Shown: positions 16,175 to 25,280, counted from the first letter of the stretch. The stretch is 32,000 nt of DNA from Mycolicibacterium smegmatis (GCF_001457595.1 NZ_LN831039.1:1920001-1952000); one strand, 5' to 3'. Notes: generated by a model from the letters alone, not told the origin. Translations and numbers: made by a program.

Positions 16175-17794
16175 ATGGACGTGCGGATTCTGGGAATCAA
16201 TGCGGTGTTCCACGACCCGGCCGCCGCGCTGGTCGTCGACGGCCACATCGTCGCAGCCGCCGAAGAGGAACGGTTCAGCAGGCGTAAACACGGCAAGGAG
16301 GCAGTCGCGTTCTCGACGTGGGAACTCCCCGTACAGGCGGCGCGTTGGTGCCTTGAACAGGCCGGCCTGTCGCCATCGGATCTCGATGCTGTTGGGTACT
16401 CCTATGATCCCCGGCTGATGCAGGGGCAGGGCACCGACCTCGCGGGCCTTGACCGTGACTGGGAGTACCTGCGAACGCTGTATGCCGAACGGGCGCCGCG
16501 CTTCCTGCAATCCGCCCTGCCGGGACTCGATCCCGATGTGGTGCGGTATGTCCGGCACCATGTGGCGCACGCCGCCTCGAGTGCGCTGGCCTCACCCCAC
16601 CCCGATTGCGCGGTGCTGGTGGTCGACGGCCGCGGTGAGCGGACATCCATGCTCATGGGGGATTACACCGACAACAAACTCGACATCCTGGCCACGCAGG
16701 ACCTGCCGCATTCCCTAGGCCTCCTGTACGAGGACCTGACGCAGCATCTGGGCTTCAAACGGTCCAGCGACGAGTACAAAGTCATGGCGATGGCGTCCTA
16801 CGGCAGGCCACGTTTCGTCGACGAATTCCGGGAACTCGTCCGCGCCACCGGTGACGGTGGTTTCCGCACCGAACCGGTGGACTGGGATCGGTATGGCACG
16901 GAGTGGGATGACCGTGTCGACCTCGCGTGCAGCGTCCAGTGCGTCGTCGAGGAGGTCCTGCTCGATTTGGTGCAGTGGCTGCGCGCCCGCACCGACCATG
17001 AAAATCTCTGTCTCGCCGGTGGAGTCGCCCTCAATTGCGTGGCGAACTCCAAGCTTTACAACAGCGGAGGTTTCCGCAGCGTGTGGGTGCAACCGGCGGC
17101 GGGGGACTCGGGTACGGCGCTCGGGGCGGCGCTGTCGCTGGCCGCCGAGGCCGGCGAACCGATCACACCGATGCCGACGGCTGCGCTCGGCCGGGGCTTC
17201 TCCGACGACGAGATCGAGGCGGTGCTCACCGAAGCCGCTGTGCCGTTCGAACGTCCACGCGACTTCGCCGCCGCCGTAGGTGACGCACTGGCCGAGGATC
17301 GGATCGTCGGATGGTTCCAGGGACGGTCCGAGTTCGGGCCGAGGGCGCTGGGCCGCCGGTCGCTGCTGGCCGACCCGCGTCGCGCGGAGAACCTCGACCG
17401 TCTCAACGCTGTGAAGGGCCGTGAGCAGTTCCGCCCCGTGGCACCCATGGTGCTCGCCGAGTGCGCCGCCGAGATCTTCTCCGGGGGACCGCTTCCCAGC
17501 CCGTACATGCTGTTCGTCCACGACGTGGCCCCACAGTGGCGGGCACAAATCCCCGCGGTCACCCACGTCGACAACACGGCGCGCATACAGACCGTCGACA
17601 ACGACGATGCGCTGCTGCACGCCACGATCAGCAGATTCGCCGAACGCACCGGTGTGCCGGTGATCGTCAACACCAGTTTCAACACCGCGGGCCGACCCAT
17701 GGTCGACACTCCACGCGACGCCCTGGAATGCTTCGGCAGCGCACCCATCGACGTGCTCGCGATCGGCCCGTTCCTCGTACGGAGGCCTCGTTGA
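16175..17794 (+). CDS. NodU/CmcH-family carbamoyltransferase (539 aa)
   Basis: ILGINAVFHDPAAALVVDGHIVAAAEEERFSRRKH at the N-terminus, and a C-terminal FRPVAPMV...NTSFNTAGRPMVDTPRDA. An AGGAG SD precedes ATG 16175. Confidence 0.85.
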   Translation: MDVRILGINAVFHDPAAALVVDGHIVAAAEEERFSRRKHGKEAVAFSTWELPVQAARWCLEQAGLSPSDLDAVGYSYDPRLMQGQGTDLAGLDRDWEYLRTLYAERAPRFLQSALPGLDPDVVRYVRHHVAHAASSALASPHPDCAVLVVDGRGERTSMLMGDYTDNKLDILATQDLPHSLGLLYEDLTQHLGFKRSSDEYKVMAMASYGRPRFVDEFRELVRATGDGGFRTEPVDWDRYGTEWDDRVDLACSVQCVVEEVLLDLVQWLRARTDHENLCLAGGVALNCVANSKLYNSGGFRSVWVQPAAGDSGTALGAALSLAAEAGEPITPMPTAALGRGFSDDEIEAVLTEAAVPFERPRDFAAAVGDALAEDRIVGWFQGRSEFGPRALGRRSLLADPRRAENLDRLNAVKGREQFRPVAPMVLAECAAEIFSGGPLPSPYMLFVHDVAPQWRAQIPAVTHVDNTARIQTVDNDDALLHATISRFAERTGVPVIVNTSFNTAGRPMVDTPRDALECFGSAPIDVLAIGPFLVRRPR

Positions 17795-19296
17795 GCTCGA
17801 CCGGTCCGGACTTCGCTGTCGTCATCCCCACCATCGGACGGCCCACCCTGCAGCGCCTGATCGCGGCTCTGGAGAGGGATCTGGTGAACACTCCTGGTGT
17901 CACACCGCAGGCGGTGATCATCGTCGACGACCGGGCGGAAGCTGTTCCACCCCTGCTGATCACGTCGGAGCTTCCGATCACCGTGGTGCGCAGCGGAGGC
18001 CGCGGGCCCGCCGCTGCGCGTAATGCCGGGTGGCGCCGTGCCGACGCCCGCTGGATCTGCTTCCTCGACGACGACGTGCGCCCTGATCCCGGTTGGGCCG
18101 CGGCGCTCGCGGAGGATCTCGCGGCCGCCGACGCCACCGGGGCCGTCGGCTCGCAGGCGATCATCGGTGTTCCGGTCCGGCCCGGGCGACGCGTCTCCGA
18201 CGACGAGCGGCGAACGCAGCGGCTTGAGACCGCGCAGTGGATCACCGCCGACATGGCGTATCGCAGATCCGCGCTGGTCGAGGTCGGCGGGTTCGACGAG
18301 CGCTTTCCCCGCGCCTACCGCGAGGATTCCGATCTGGGGCTTCGGATCACGTTGTCGGGGAAGGCCATCGTGCAGGGTGGTCGCCGCTCGACACATCCCG
18401 TGGCACGGGCGAGGTGGGCAAGCAGCGTGCGTGCACAGGTCGGCAATCGAGACGATGCCCTGTTGCACCGCAAGTACGGCAAGGGCTGGCGACCGGCCAT
18501 CGGTGAGGGCCGGGGCCGCCTGTCCGCGCACATCGCGACGACCGTGGCGGCCTGCACCGCGCTCGCCGCGCGCGACCGCCAGGTGTCGCGGTGGGGCCGC
18601 ATAGCGTGGTGCGCCCTGACCGCCGATTTCGCGCTGCGCCGGTTCCTGTCCGGGCAACGCACGGTCGGCGAAGCGGCGCGGATGTTGGTGACCAGCATCC
18701 TGATCCCACCGGTAGCGGTGTATCACCGCCTGCGCGGGGAGTGGGACCACCGTGCCGCACGTCGTGATCCACCGCTCGCGGTGCTTCTGGACCGGGACGA
18801 CACGATCATCGAGGACGTCCCGTATCTCAACGATCCCGGCGGTGTCGTTCCGGTGGCCGGGGCCGACGACGCGTTGAACAGCCTGCGCGCCAACGGGATA
18901 CTGCTCGCGGTGGTGACGAATCAGTCCGGGGTCGCAAAAGGGCTGATCGACACGGACCAGTTGGCCGAGGTCAACGCGCGCGTCGACGAACTGCTCGGGC
19001 CGTTCGACACCTGGCAGATCTGTGTGCACGACGCAGGCGACGGGTGTGAATGCCGCAAACCCCGGCCCGGCATGGTGCTGGCCGCCGCCGAGGCGCTCGG
19101 TGTACCTCCCGACCGCTGCGTGCTGATCGGCGACACCGGAGGCGACGTGCAAGCCGCACTGGCTGCCCGCGCCCGAGCGGTCCTGGTGCCCACCGGGAAA
19201 ACCTTGCCGCACGAGGTTTCACATGCGCGTGAGCGGGCACGCGTGGCGTCGACGTTGACCGAGGCGGTGGCGATGGTGCTCAAGGAGGCCCGATGA
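17791..19296 (+). CDS. gmhB: Fusion protein: GT2 glycosyltransferase + D,D-heptose-1,7-bisphosphate phosphatase (GmhB) domain (501 aa)
   Basis: TTG 17791 (GGAGG lies 5 nt upstream; TTGA overlaps the previous stop). The N-terminal part is FAVVIPTIGRP...FLDDDV (GT-A). The C-terminal part is LLDRDDTII...VVTNQSGVAKG...CVHDAGDGCECRKPRPGM...IGDTGGD (HAD, GmhB-type). Confidence 0.8.
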   Translation: MSSTGPDFAVVIPTIGRPTLQRLIAALERDLVNTPGVTPQAVIIVDDRAEAVPPLLITSELPITVVRSGGRGPAAARNAGWRRADARWICFLDDDVRPDPGWAAALAEDLAAADATGAVGSQAIIGVPVRPGRRVSDDERRTQRLETAQWITADMAYRRSALVEVGGFDERFPRAYREDSDLGLRITLSGKAIVQGGRRSTHPVARARWASSVRAQVGNRDDALLHRKYGKGWRPAIGEGRGRLSAHIATTVAACTALAARDRQVSRWGRIAWCALTADFALRRFLSGQRTVGEAARMLVTSILIPPVAVYHRLRGEWDHRAARRDPPLAVLLDRDDTIIEDVPYLNDPGGVVPVAGADDALNSLRANGILLAVVTNQSGVAKGLIDTDQLAEVNARVDELLGPFDTWQICVHDAGDGCECRKPRPGMVLAAAEALGVPPDRCVLIGDTGGDVQAALAARARAVLVPTGKTLPHEVSHARERARVASTLTEAVAMVLKEAR

Positions 19297-20315
19297 CCCG
19301 AGCGGTGGTGGCGCGACTCGACAGTGCCGGTGATGTGCTGATCACCGGTCCTGCGGTACGGGCCGTCGCGGCGGCCCACGACTCGGTGACGTTCCTGGCC
19401 GGTCCGCGAGGCCGCGCCGCGGCCGAGATGCTGCCCGGTGTCGACGATGTCATCGAGTGGCAGGCACCATGGGTGGACTTCGACTCCCCCGAGCTCACCG
19501 CCGGTCATGTGGAGGCGCTGGTCAAGCAGCTAAGCGATCTGACGCCCGAGCGTGCGCTGATCTGCACGTCATTTCACCAGTCGCCGCTGCCCTTGGCGCT
19601 GCTGTTCCGAATGGCCGGGGTGCCATGGATCGGCGCCATCAGCGAGGACTATCCGGGAACTCTGCTGAACCTGCGACACCACGTCGAGCCGGGCGTACCG
19701 GAACCGGAACGCGCGTTGTCCCTCGCGCGGGCAGCCGGATTCGACCTACCCGCCGGCGACGACGGGTCACTGCGGGTGCGCACGGCACCCGGGCTGCCAC
19801 GTGAGCTCGCCGATCGGATCGGACCCGACCCATTCGTGGTGTTCCACCCCGGTGCCGCGGTTCCGGCGCGCAGGCCCACCGCCTCACGCAGCGCACGCAT
19901 GGTCCGCGCGCTGCACGCGGCAGGCCATCGGGTGGTGGTCACCGGGGACGACCGCGAACGGGATCTGACAGCCGCGGTCGCAGGCGATGTCGCGGTCGAC
20001 CTCGGTGGCGCCACGACGCTCACCACGCTGGGCACGGTCTTCGCGCACGCCGAGACGGTCGTCGTACCGAACACCGGGCCGGCGCATCTGGCGGCCGCGG
20101 TCGGCGCCCCGATCGTCTCACTGTTCGCGCCGGTGGTGCCGGCATCGCAGTGGAGCCCATACGCGCGCAACGTCATCCGGCTCGGTGACCAGAATGCGCC
20201 GTGCCGTCAGACCCGTGCCCGCGAGTGCCCGGTGCCCGGCCATCCGTGCCTGGACGGCATCACCGACACCCAACTGGTGGACGCGGTCGAACGACTGGGA
20301 GGGAGACCACGATGA
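19293..20315 (+). CDS. GT9-family glycosyltransferase (heptosyltransferase-like) 1 (340 aa)
   Basis: ARLDSAGDVLITGPAVRAV, VVFHPGAAVPARR and VVPNTGPAHLAAAVGAPIVSLFAPV resemble RfaC/RfaF-type enzymes. ATGA overlap with the upstream gene. Confidence 0.75.
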   Translation: MTRAVVARLDSAGDVLITGPAVRAVAAAHDSVTFLAGPRGRAAAEMLPGVDDVIEWQAPWVDFDSPELTAGHVEALVKQLSDLTPERALICTSFHQSPLPLALLFRMAGVPWIGAISEDYPGTLLNLRHHVEPGVPEPERALSLARAAGFDLPAGDDGSLRVRTAPGLPRELADRIGPDPFVVFHPGAAVPARRPTASRSARMVRALHAAGHRVVVTGDDRERDLTAAVAGDVAVDLGGATTLTTLGTVFAHAETVVVPNTGPAHLAAAVGAPIVSLFAPVVPASQWSPYARNVIRLGDQNAPCRQTRARECPVPGHPCLDGITDTQLVDAVERLGGRPR

Positions 20316-20962
20316 AAGAAGCGGTGGGCAAGGTGATCAACCCCACATCAACTGCCTCGGCAGGGATAGGCCCGATCGGGGACCACGTCGCCGCACTCGG
20401 ACACGCGGTCGGTCGAATCGACTGCGAGACCCCGCGCCTGACCCGGTGGGGCAGACACCTCGCGCAGATCCTCACCGGCGGAGGCCGATTACTGGCCTGC
20501 GGTAACGGCGGCAGCGCCGCGGAGGCCCAGCACCTGACCGCCGAACTCGTCGGACGGTTCCGTGACGAACGGGTCCCGTTGTCGGCCATCGCGTTACACG
20601 CCGACACGTCGGCGCTCACCGCGATCTGCAACGACTACGGCGCCGAAGAGATCTTCGCCCGCGGCGTACACGCGCACGGCCGCCCAGGCGATGTGCTGGT
20701 GGCCCTGTCGACCAGCGGAACCAGCCCGAACGTGCTCGCGGCGGTCAAGGCCGCCCACGCCGAAGGGCTCACCACGTGGGCCATGACCGGGCCCGCACCC
20801 AACCCGCTGGCGGCGATGTGCGATGACGCGATCTGTGTCGAGGCGCCCAACACAGCAACCGTGCAGGAGATCCACCTGCTGCTGGTCCATGCGTTGTGTA
20901 TCGCGCTCGACGGCGTATTGCCCATGAGCGGAGGGGTTTTGGGGGTGCGTGATGCGCGGTGA
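20312..20962 (+). CDS. gmhA: Sedoheptulose-7-phosphate isomerase (SIS domain) (216 aa)
   Basis: LLACGNGGSAAEAQHLTAELVGRF, NDYG and ALSTSGTSPNVL resemble GmhA. ATGA overlap with the upstream gene. Confidence 0.8.
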   Translation: MKEAVGKVINPTSTASAGIGPIGDHVAALGHAVGRIDCETPRLTRWGRHLAQILTGGGRLLACGNGGSAAEAQHLTAELVGRFRDERVPLSAIALHADTSALTAICNDYGAEEIFARGVHAHGRPGDVLVALSTSGTSPNVLAAVKAAHAEGLTTWAMTGPAPNPLAAMCDDAICVEAPNTATVQEIHLLLVHALCIALDGVLPMSGGVLGVRDAR

Positions 20963-22317
20963 CCCGCTTGTGATCGTCGGGGACTGCATGCTCGACGTGG
21001 ATGTCGAAGGAACCGCGACACGGCTCAGTCCCGAGGCGCCGGTGCCCGTGGTGGACGCCCAGCGGGTCTGGCACCGACCGGGCGGGGCGGGCCTGGCGGC
21101 CATGCTCGCCGCGCGAGGCGAACCGGACGTCGTGCTGGTCACCGCGCTCGCCGACGACGAGGACGGCCGTCGCCTTCGCGGCCTGCTGGAGCGCGCGGGC
21201 GTCGCGGTGGTCTCACTGCCGCTGAAGGGAACCACGGTGTGCAAGACCAGGATCCGTGCGGTCGGACAGTCGATGCTGCGTCTGGACCACGGTGACGGCA
21301 CGGCCGCCGACGACGAGCTTCCCGCTCAGGACGCGGGTGCTGCACCAGGCGCGGGCGATATGCGTCGCCGACTACGGCCGCGGCGTCACGGCGCACGCCG
21401 GTATCCGCGGAATCCTCGGCGACGTTGCCGCGCGGGTGCCGGTGGTGTGGGATCCCCATCCGCGCGGTGCGCCACCGGTGCCGGGATGCCGGCTCGTGAC
21501 CCCCAACGAGGCCGAGGCGCAGGGTCGCTCGGCCGAGACGATGCGCGAACAGTGGCAGGCCGACGCCGTGTGTGTGACCCTCGGCTCACGGGGAGCGATG
21601 GTCGCCACGGAGGACGACGGCACGGTGCTGGTGGCGGTGCCCAGCACCGTGATGGCCGCATCGGGACGATCCGACACGTGCGGCGCGGGCGATCGCTTCG
21701 CCGTCGCTGCCACGCTCGCACTCGCCGACGGGCATGCCGTCGTGCCCGTGGTCACCGCGGCCGTCGAGGCCGCCGGCAGGTTCGTGGCCGCAGGGGGTGC
21801 GGTGGGGGTGTCGAGTCCGGCCGAGTGCGGCGGATACCGGGGCGCCGCGGGAGAAGCGACCGCGGTCATCGGGGACGTGACCGAGATACGAGATCGCTTG
21901 CGCAGCAGGGGCGGACGTCTCGTGGCCACGGGAGGCTGTTTCGACCTGCTCCACACCGGCCATGTGCGGCTGCTGCACCAGGCGCGCCAACTGGGCGACG
22001 CCCTCGTGGTGCTGGTGAATTCGGACTCGTCGGTGCGGGCGCTGAAAGGTCCTGACCGCCCGGTGATGGCCGACGTGGACCGTGCGCGGGTCCTCGCGGC
22101 ACTGGCGTGCGTGGATGCCGTGGTGATCTTCGACGAGTCCTCACCCGAACAACAGTTGGAGCGCCTGCGTCCCGACGTGTGGGTCAAAGGTGGTGACTAC
22201 ACCGAGGCCGATCTGCCGGAGGCCGCAGTCGTACGCCGCCACGGTGGGGAAGTTGTCCTGCTGCCCACAGTGGCGGGCTATTCATCGTCGAATCTGATCG
22301 CAGCGATGCGGTCATGA
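20949..22317 (+). pseudogene. hldE: Bifunctional heptose-7-P kinase / heptose-1-P adenylyltransferase (HldE/RfaE) with +1 frameshift near 21327-21340
   Basis: The kinase N-terminus (VIVGDCMLDVDVEGTATRLSPEAPVPVV...RPGGAG) is in the frame of 20949. The continuation (ICVADYGRGV...DTCGAGDRF...GGCFDLLHTGHVRLL...KGGDY) is in the frame of 21256. Confidence 0.8.
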
Positions 22318-22333
22318 CAAGAGGGGGAGTCAC

Positions 22334-23026
22334 ATGAACACGAACATCGGGAACGTGATCATCACCGGCGGCGCGTCGGGTCTGGGTGCTGCCACCGTCG
22401 AAGCCGTTGTCCGACAGGGGGGTACACCACTCGTCCTGGACCGGAACACGCCCGCGGCGGACGTGCCGTACCGCTGTGTCGACCTGGCCGACACCGGGGC
22501 TGTCGAGACCGCGGTCGCCGCACTGGCCGACCAGGTAGGCGGTGTGGTCAACGGTGTGTTCACCGCCGGGGGCACCGACGCGTGCGGCAAGCTCGCCGAT
22601 GTCCCGGTCAAGGACTGGGAGCGGGTGATCCACGTGAACCTTCTGGGAACCGTGGCGGTGGTCCGCGCGGCGCTGCCCTACCTCAGATCGAGTGGGGGAC
22701 GCATCGTCACGTGCGCTTCGACGCTGGGCGTCAAGGCCGTGAGCGACGCCACCGCCTACTGCGCGTCGAAGTTCGGCGTCGTGGGTTTCAGCCGCGCGCT
22801 GGCCGCCGAACTCGCGGGCGAGGTGGGCGTCACGTTGTTGATCCCCGGCGGGATGCACACAGCGTTCTTCGACGGACGGGACGAGCAGTACAAGCCGCCG
22901 GCGGATGCCAAGCTCAACGATCCGGCGAACGTGGCCCAGACGGTGCTGTTCGCGCTCTCCCAGCCCGCCGGGTGTGAGATCCGGGAACTGGTCGTCTGCG
23001 CATCCACCGAATCATCATGGCCGTGA
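22334..23026 (+). CDS. Classical short-chain dehydrogenase/reductase (230 aa)
   Basis: VIITGGASGLGAAT and YCASKFGV (YxxxK). A GAGGGGGAG SD precedes ATG 22334. Confidence 0.8.
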   Translation: MNTNIGNVIITGGASGLGAATVEAVVRQGGTPLVLDRNTPAADVPYRCVDLADTGAVETAVAALADQVGGVVNGVFTAGGTDACGKLADVPVKDWERVIHVNLLGTVAVVRAALPYLRSSGGRIVTCASTLGVKAVSDATAYCASKFGVVGFSRALAAELAGEVGVTLLIPGGMHTAFFDGRDEQYKPPADAKLNDPANVAQTVLFALSQPAGCEIRELVVCASTESSWP

Positions 23027-23985
23027 CCTCACCGGGAACCCAGTGGAATTCGTCCGTCGAGCACGTGCTCGTGCTGCGGGCGCTGGGACTCGGTGACCTG
23101 CTGACGGGCATACCCGCGCTGCGCGGCCTGCGCCGTGCCTTTCCCGGCGCCGTCGTCACGCTGGCCGCCCCGCAGCGGTTCGCCGATCTGGCCATGCTCT
23201 CCGGCGCGGTGACCGAGGTCCGGCCCACCGACGGACTGGGGCGGCTGCGGCCCGGGCCCCGGCCGCCGGATCTCGCGGTCAACCTGCACGGCAGCGGGCC
23301 GCAGAGCACGGCGGATCTGCTGGCGCTGCGACCCCGGACATTGCTCACCCACCGCCATCCTGAGTATCAGGATGTGTCCGGCCCGCCGTGGCGTACCGAT
23401 CTACACGAGGTGGATCGCTGGTGTCATCTTCTGCAGTGGTACGGCATCGACTGCGATGCAGAGGATCTCGCGTTGCCCAGACCCGCGGGGTATGACGACT
23501 TCTCCGGGGTGGTGGTGATCCATCCCGGTGCGGCGTACCCGGCGCGCAGGTGGCCGGTCGAGCGGTTCGCCGCGGTCGCGGGCGCTCTGCGCGCTGCCGG
23601 TCACGATGTGGTGGTCACCGGCGACGCGAGCGAGGAAGACCTCGCACGTTCGGTCGTCGAGCTCGCCGGTCTGCCCGAAACCTGCTTGTTCGCAGGCAAG
23701 CTCGATGTGCTGGGACTGGTGGCGCTGATCAGCGACTGCCGGCTGTTGGTGTGCGGCGACACCGGGGTCGGCCACGTCGCGACGGCCACGGGTACGCCTT
23801 CGGTGCTGTTGTTCGGGCCCACCCCGCCCAGCCGTTGGGGCCCGCGCGGGAACGGACCGCACGTGGCGTTGTGGGCCGGCGACCGGGGCGATCCGCACGG
23901 CCAGGAACCGCACAGCGGCCTGCTGCTGATCACAGTGCCCCGAGTGCTCGACGCCGCACGAGAACTTCTGGGGGTGCGAGCGTGA
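23017..23985 (+). CDS. GT9-family glycosyltransferase (heptosyltransferase-like) 2 (322 aa)
   Basis: VLVLRALGLGDLLTGIPALRGL, VVIHPGAAYPARRWP and LVCGDTGVGHVATATGTPSVLLFGPT. It overlaps the SDR stop by 10 nt. Confidence 0.75.
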   Translation: MAVTSPGTQWNSSVEHVLVLRALGLGDLLTGIPALRGLRRAFPGAVVTLAAPQRFADLAMLSGAVTEVRPTDGLGRLRPGPRPPDLAVNLHGSGPQSTADLLALRPRTLLTHRHPEYQDVSGPPWRTDLHEVDRWCHLLQWYGIDCDAEDLALPRPAGYDDFSGVVVIHPGAAYPARRWPVERFAAVAGALRAAGHDVVVTGDASEEDLARSVVELAGLPETCLFAGKLDVLGLVALISDCRLLVCGDTGVGHVATATGTPSVLLFGPTPPSRWGPRGNGPHVALWAGDRGDPHGQEPHSGLLLITVPRVLDAARELLGVRA

Positions 23986-25277
23986 AGGTGGGCGTCGTCG
24001 GAGTCGGCTACGTGGGATTGACCACCGCGGTCTGCCTCGCCGAGCGCTCCCACGACACCGTGTGCATCGACATCGACGAGAACCGCGTGCGGCAACTGTC
24101 CTCCGGCATCACACCGATCGACGAGCCCGGTCTTCCAGAACTGCTCGAGGCCGGACTGCGGCACGCGACGCTGCGATTCAGCAGTGACATCGGGGCGCTC
24201 GCCGATCGCCAGGTGGTGTTCGTGTGTGTTCCCACGCCCAGCGGCGACGACGGGTCGGCGGACCTGCGCGCGGTCGACGACGTCGTGGAGGGCGTCGCGC
24301 GGGTCGGTGCGGCAGGAGCGGTACTCGCGATGAAGTCGACAGTGCCGGTGGGAACCACGCGCCGGGTCGAAAACCGGCTGCGCGAGGTTGGAATCCACGC
24401 GGTGTCCAACCCGGAGTTCCTGCGGGAGAGCCACGCCGTCTACGACTTCCGCCACCCCGACCGGATCCTGATCGGGTCTGATGACGAGGCGGCGGCAGAC
24501 GTCGTGGCTCGGGTGTACGGCGAGACGGCCCGGGAAACGGCGATGCGCATGAGCCCCGAGAGCGCCGAGCTCGCGAAGTACGCCAGCAACGCATTCTTGG
24601 CATTGAAGGTCTCGTATGCCAACTCGCTGGCCCAGCTGTGCGCACATGCCGGTGCAGACATCGGCGACGTCGTGCGGTGCATGGGCGCCGACGTCCGGAT
24701 CGGACCGCACTTCCTGCAACCGGGCCCGGGGTGGGGCGGATCGTGTCTGCCCAAGGACACCGCGGCGCTGCTGCACACCGGTCGCCGCTACGGCGTCGAT
24801 CTCCCCGAGGTGTCCTCGGCGTGTGCGACCAACCGCGCGCAGGCCGCTCGGATCATCGCCGTGCTGCAGCGCAACATGTCCGCTCCCATTGCCACCGCGC
24901 GTGTGGCGGCACTCGGCCTGACGTTCAAGGCCGGCACGTGCGACATCCGGGACTCGCCCGCGTTGGCGGTGTGCGAGGAGATGGCGCGCGCGGGCGCCCA
25001 GATCAACGGTTACGACCCGCGACTGGAGATGATCGACCACGCCGTGCTGCGTCGCTCCTCGGTGGCCGCGGTGGACGACCCCTACCTCGCGACCAAGGAC
25101 GCCGACGGCATCGTCATCTTCACCGAATGGCCCGAATTCCGCGATCTGAACTGGTCGAGGATCGCCGATCAGGCACCGGGCGCGGTGGTGGTGGACACCC
25201 GCAACCTGCTCGACCCCGATTCGGTGAAGGCCCGCGGTCTGACATACCTCGGCAACGGCAGACCCGCGGGGTTCTGA
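23982..25277 (+). CDS. UDP-glucose 6-dehydrogenase family (431 aa)
   Basis: VKVGVVGVGYVGLTTAVCLA (Rossmann), NPEFLRES and GWGGSCLPKD (catalytic Cys). GTG 23982 overlaps the previous stop (GTGA). Confidence 0.85.
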   Translation: MKVGVVGVGYVGLTTAVCLAERSHDTVCIDIDENRVRQLSSGITPIDEPGLPELLEAGLRHATLRFSSDIGALADRQVVFVCVPTPSGDDGSADLRAVDDVVEGVARVGAAGAVLAMKSTVPVGTTRRVENRLREVGIHAVSNPEFLRESHAVYDFRHPDRILIGSDDEAAADVVARVYGETARETAMRMSPESAELAKYASNAFLALKVSYANSLAQLCAHAGADIGDVVRCMGADVRIGPHFLQPGPGWGGSCLPKDTAALLHTGRRYGVDLPEVSSACATNRAQAARIIAVLQRNMSAPIATARVAALGLTFKAGTCDIRDSPALAVCEEMARAGAQINGYDPRLEMIDHAVLRRSSVAAVDDPYLATKDADGIVIFTEWPEFRDLNWSRIADQAPGAVVVDTRNLLDPDSVKARGLTYLGNGRPAGF

Positions 25278-25280
25278 GCG

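Noticed and set aside
17056-19212. Very long antisense ORFs in the track. Examples are 17056..19212 (718 aa), 23601..25040 (479 aa), 3332..4705 (457 aa), 5912..6727, 8782..10059 upstream of 9180, and 21372..22187.
   Set aside because: Each lies opposite a gene with strong family signatures. They are Arg/Pro/Gly/Ser-rich without motifs, which is the standard high-GC shadow ORF pattern.
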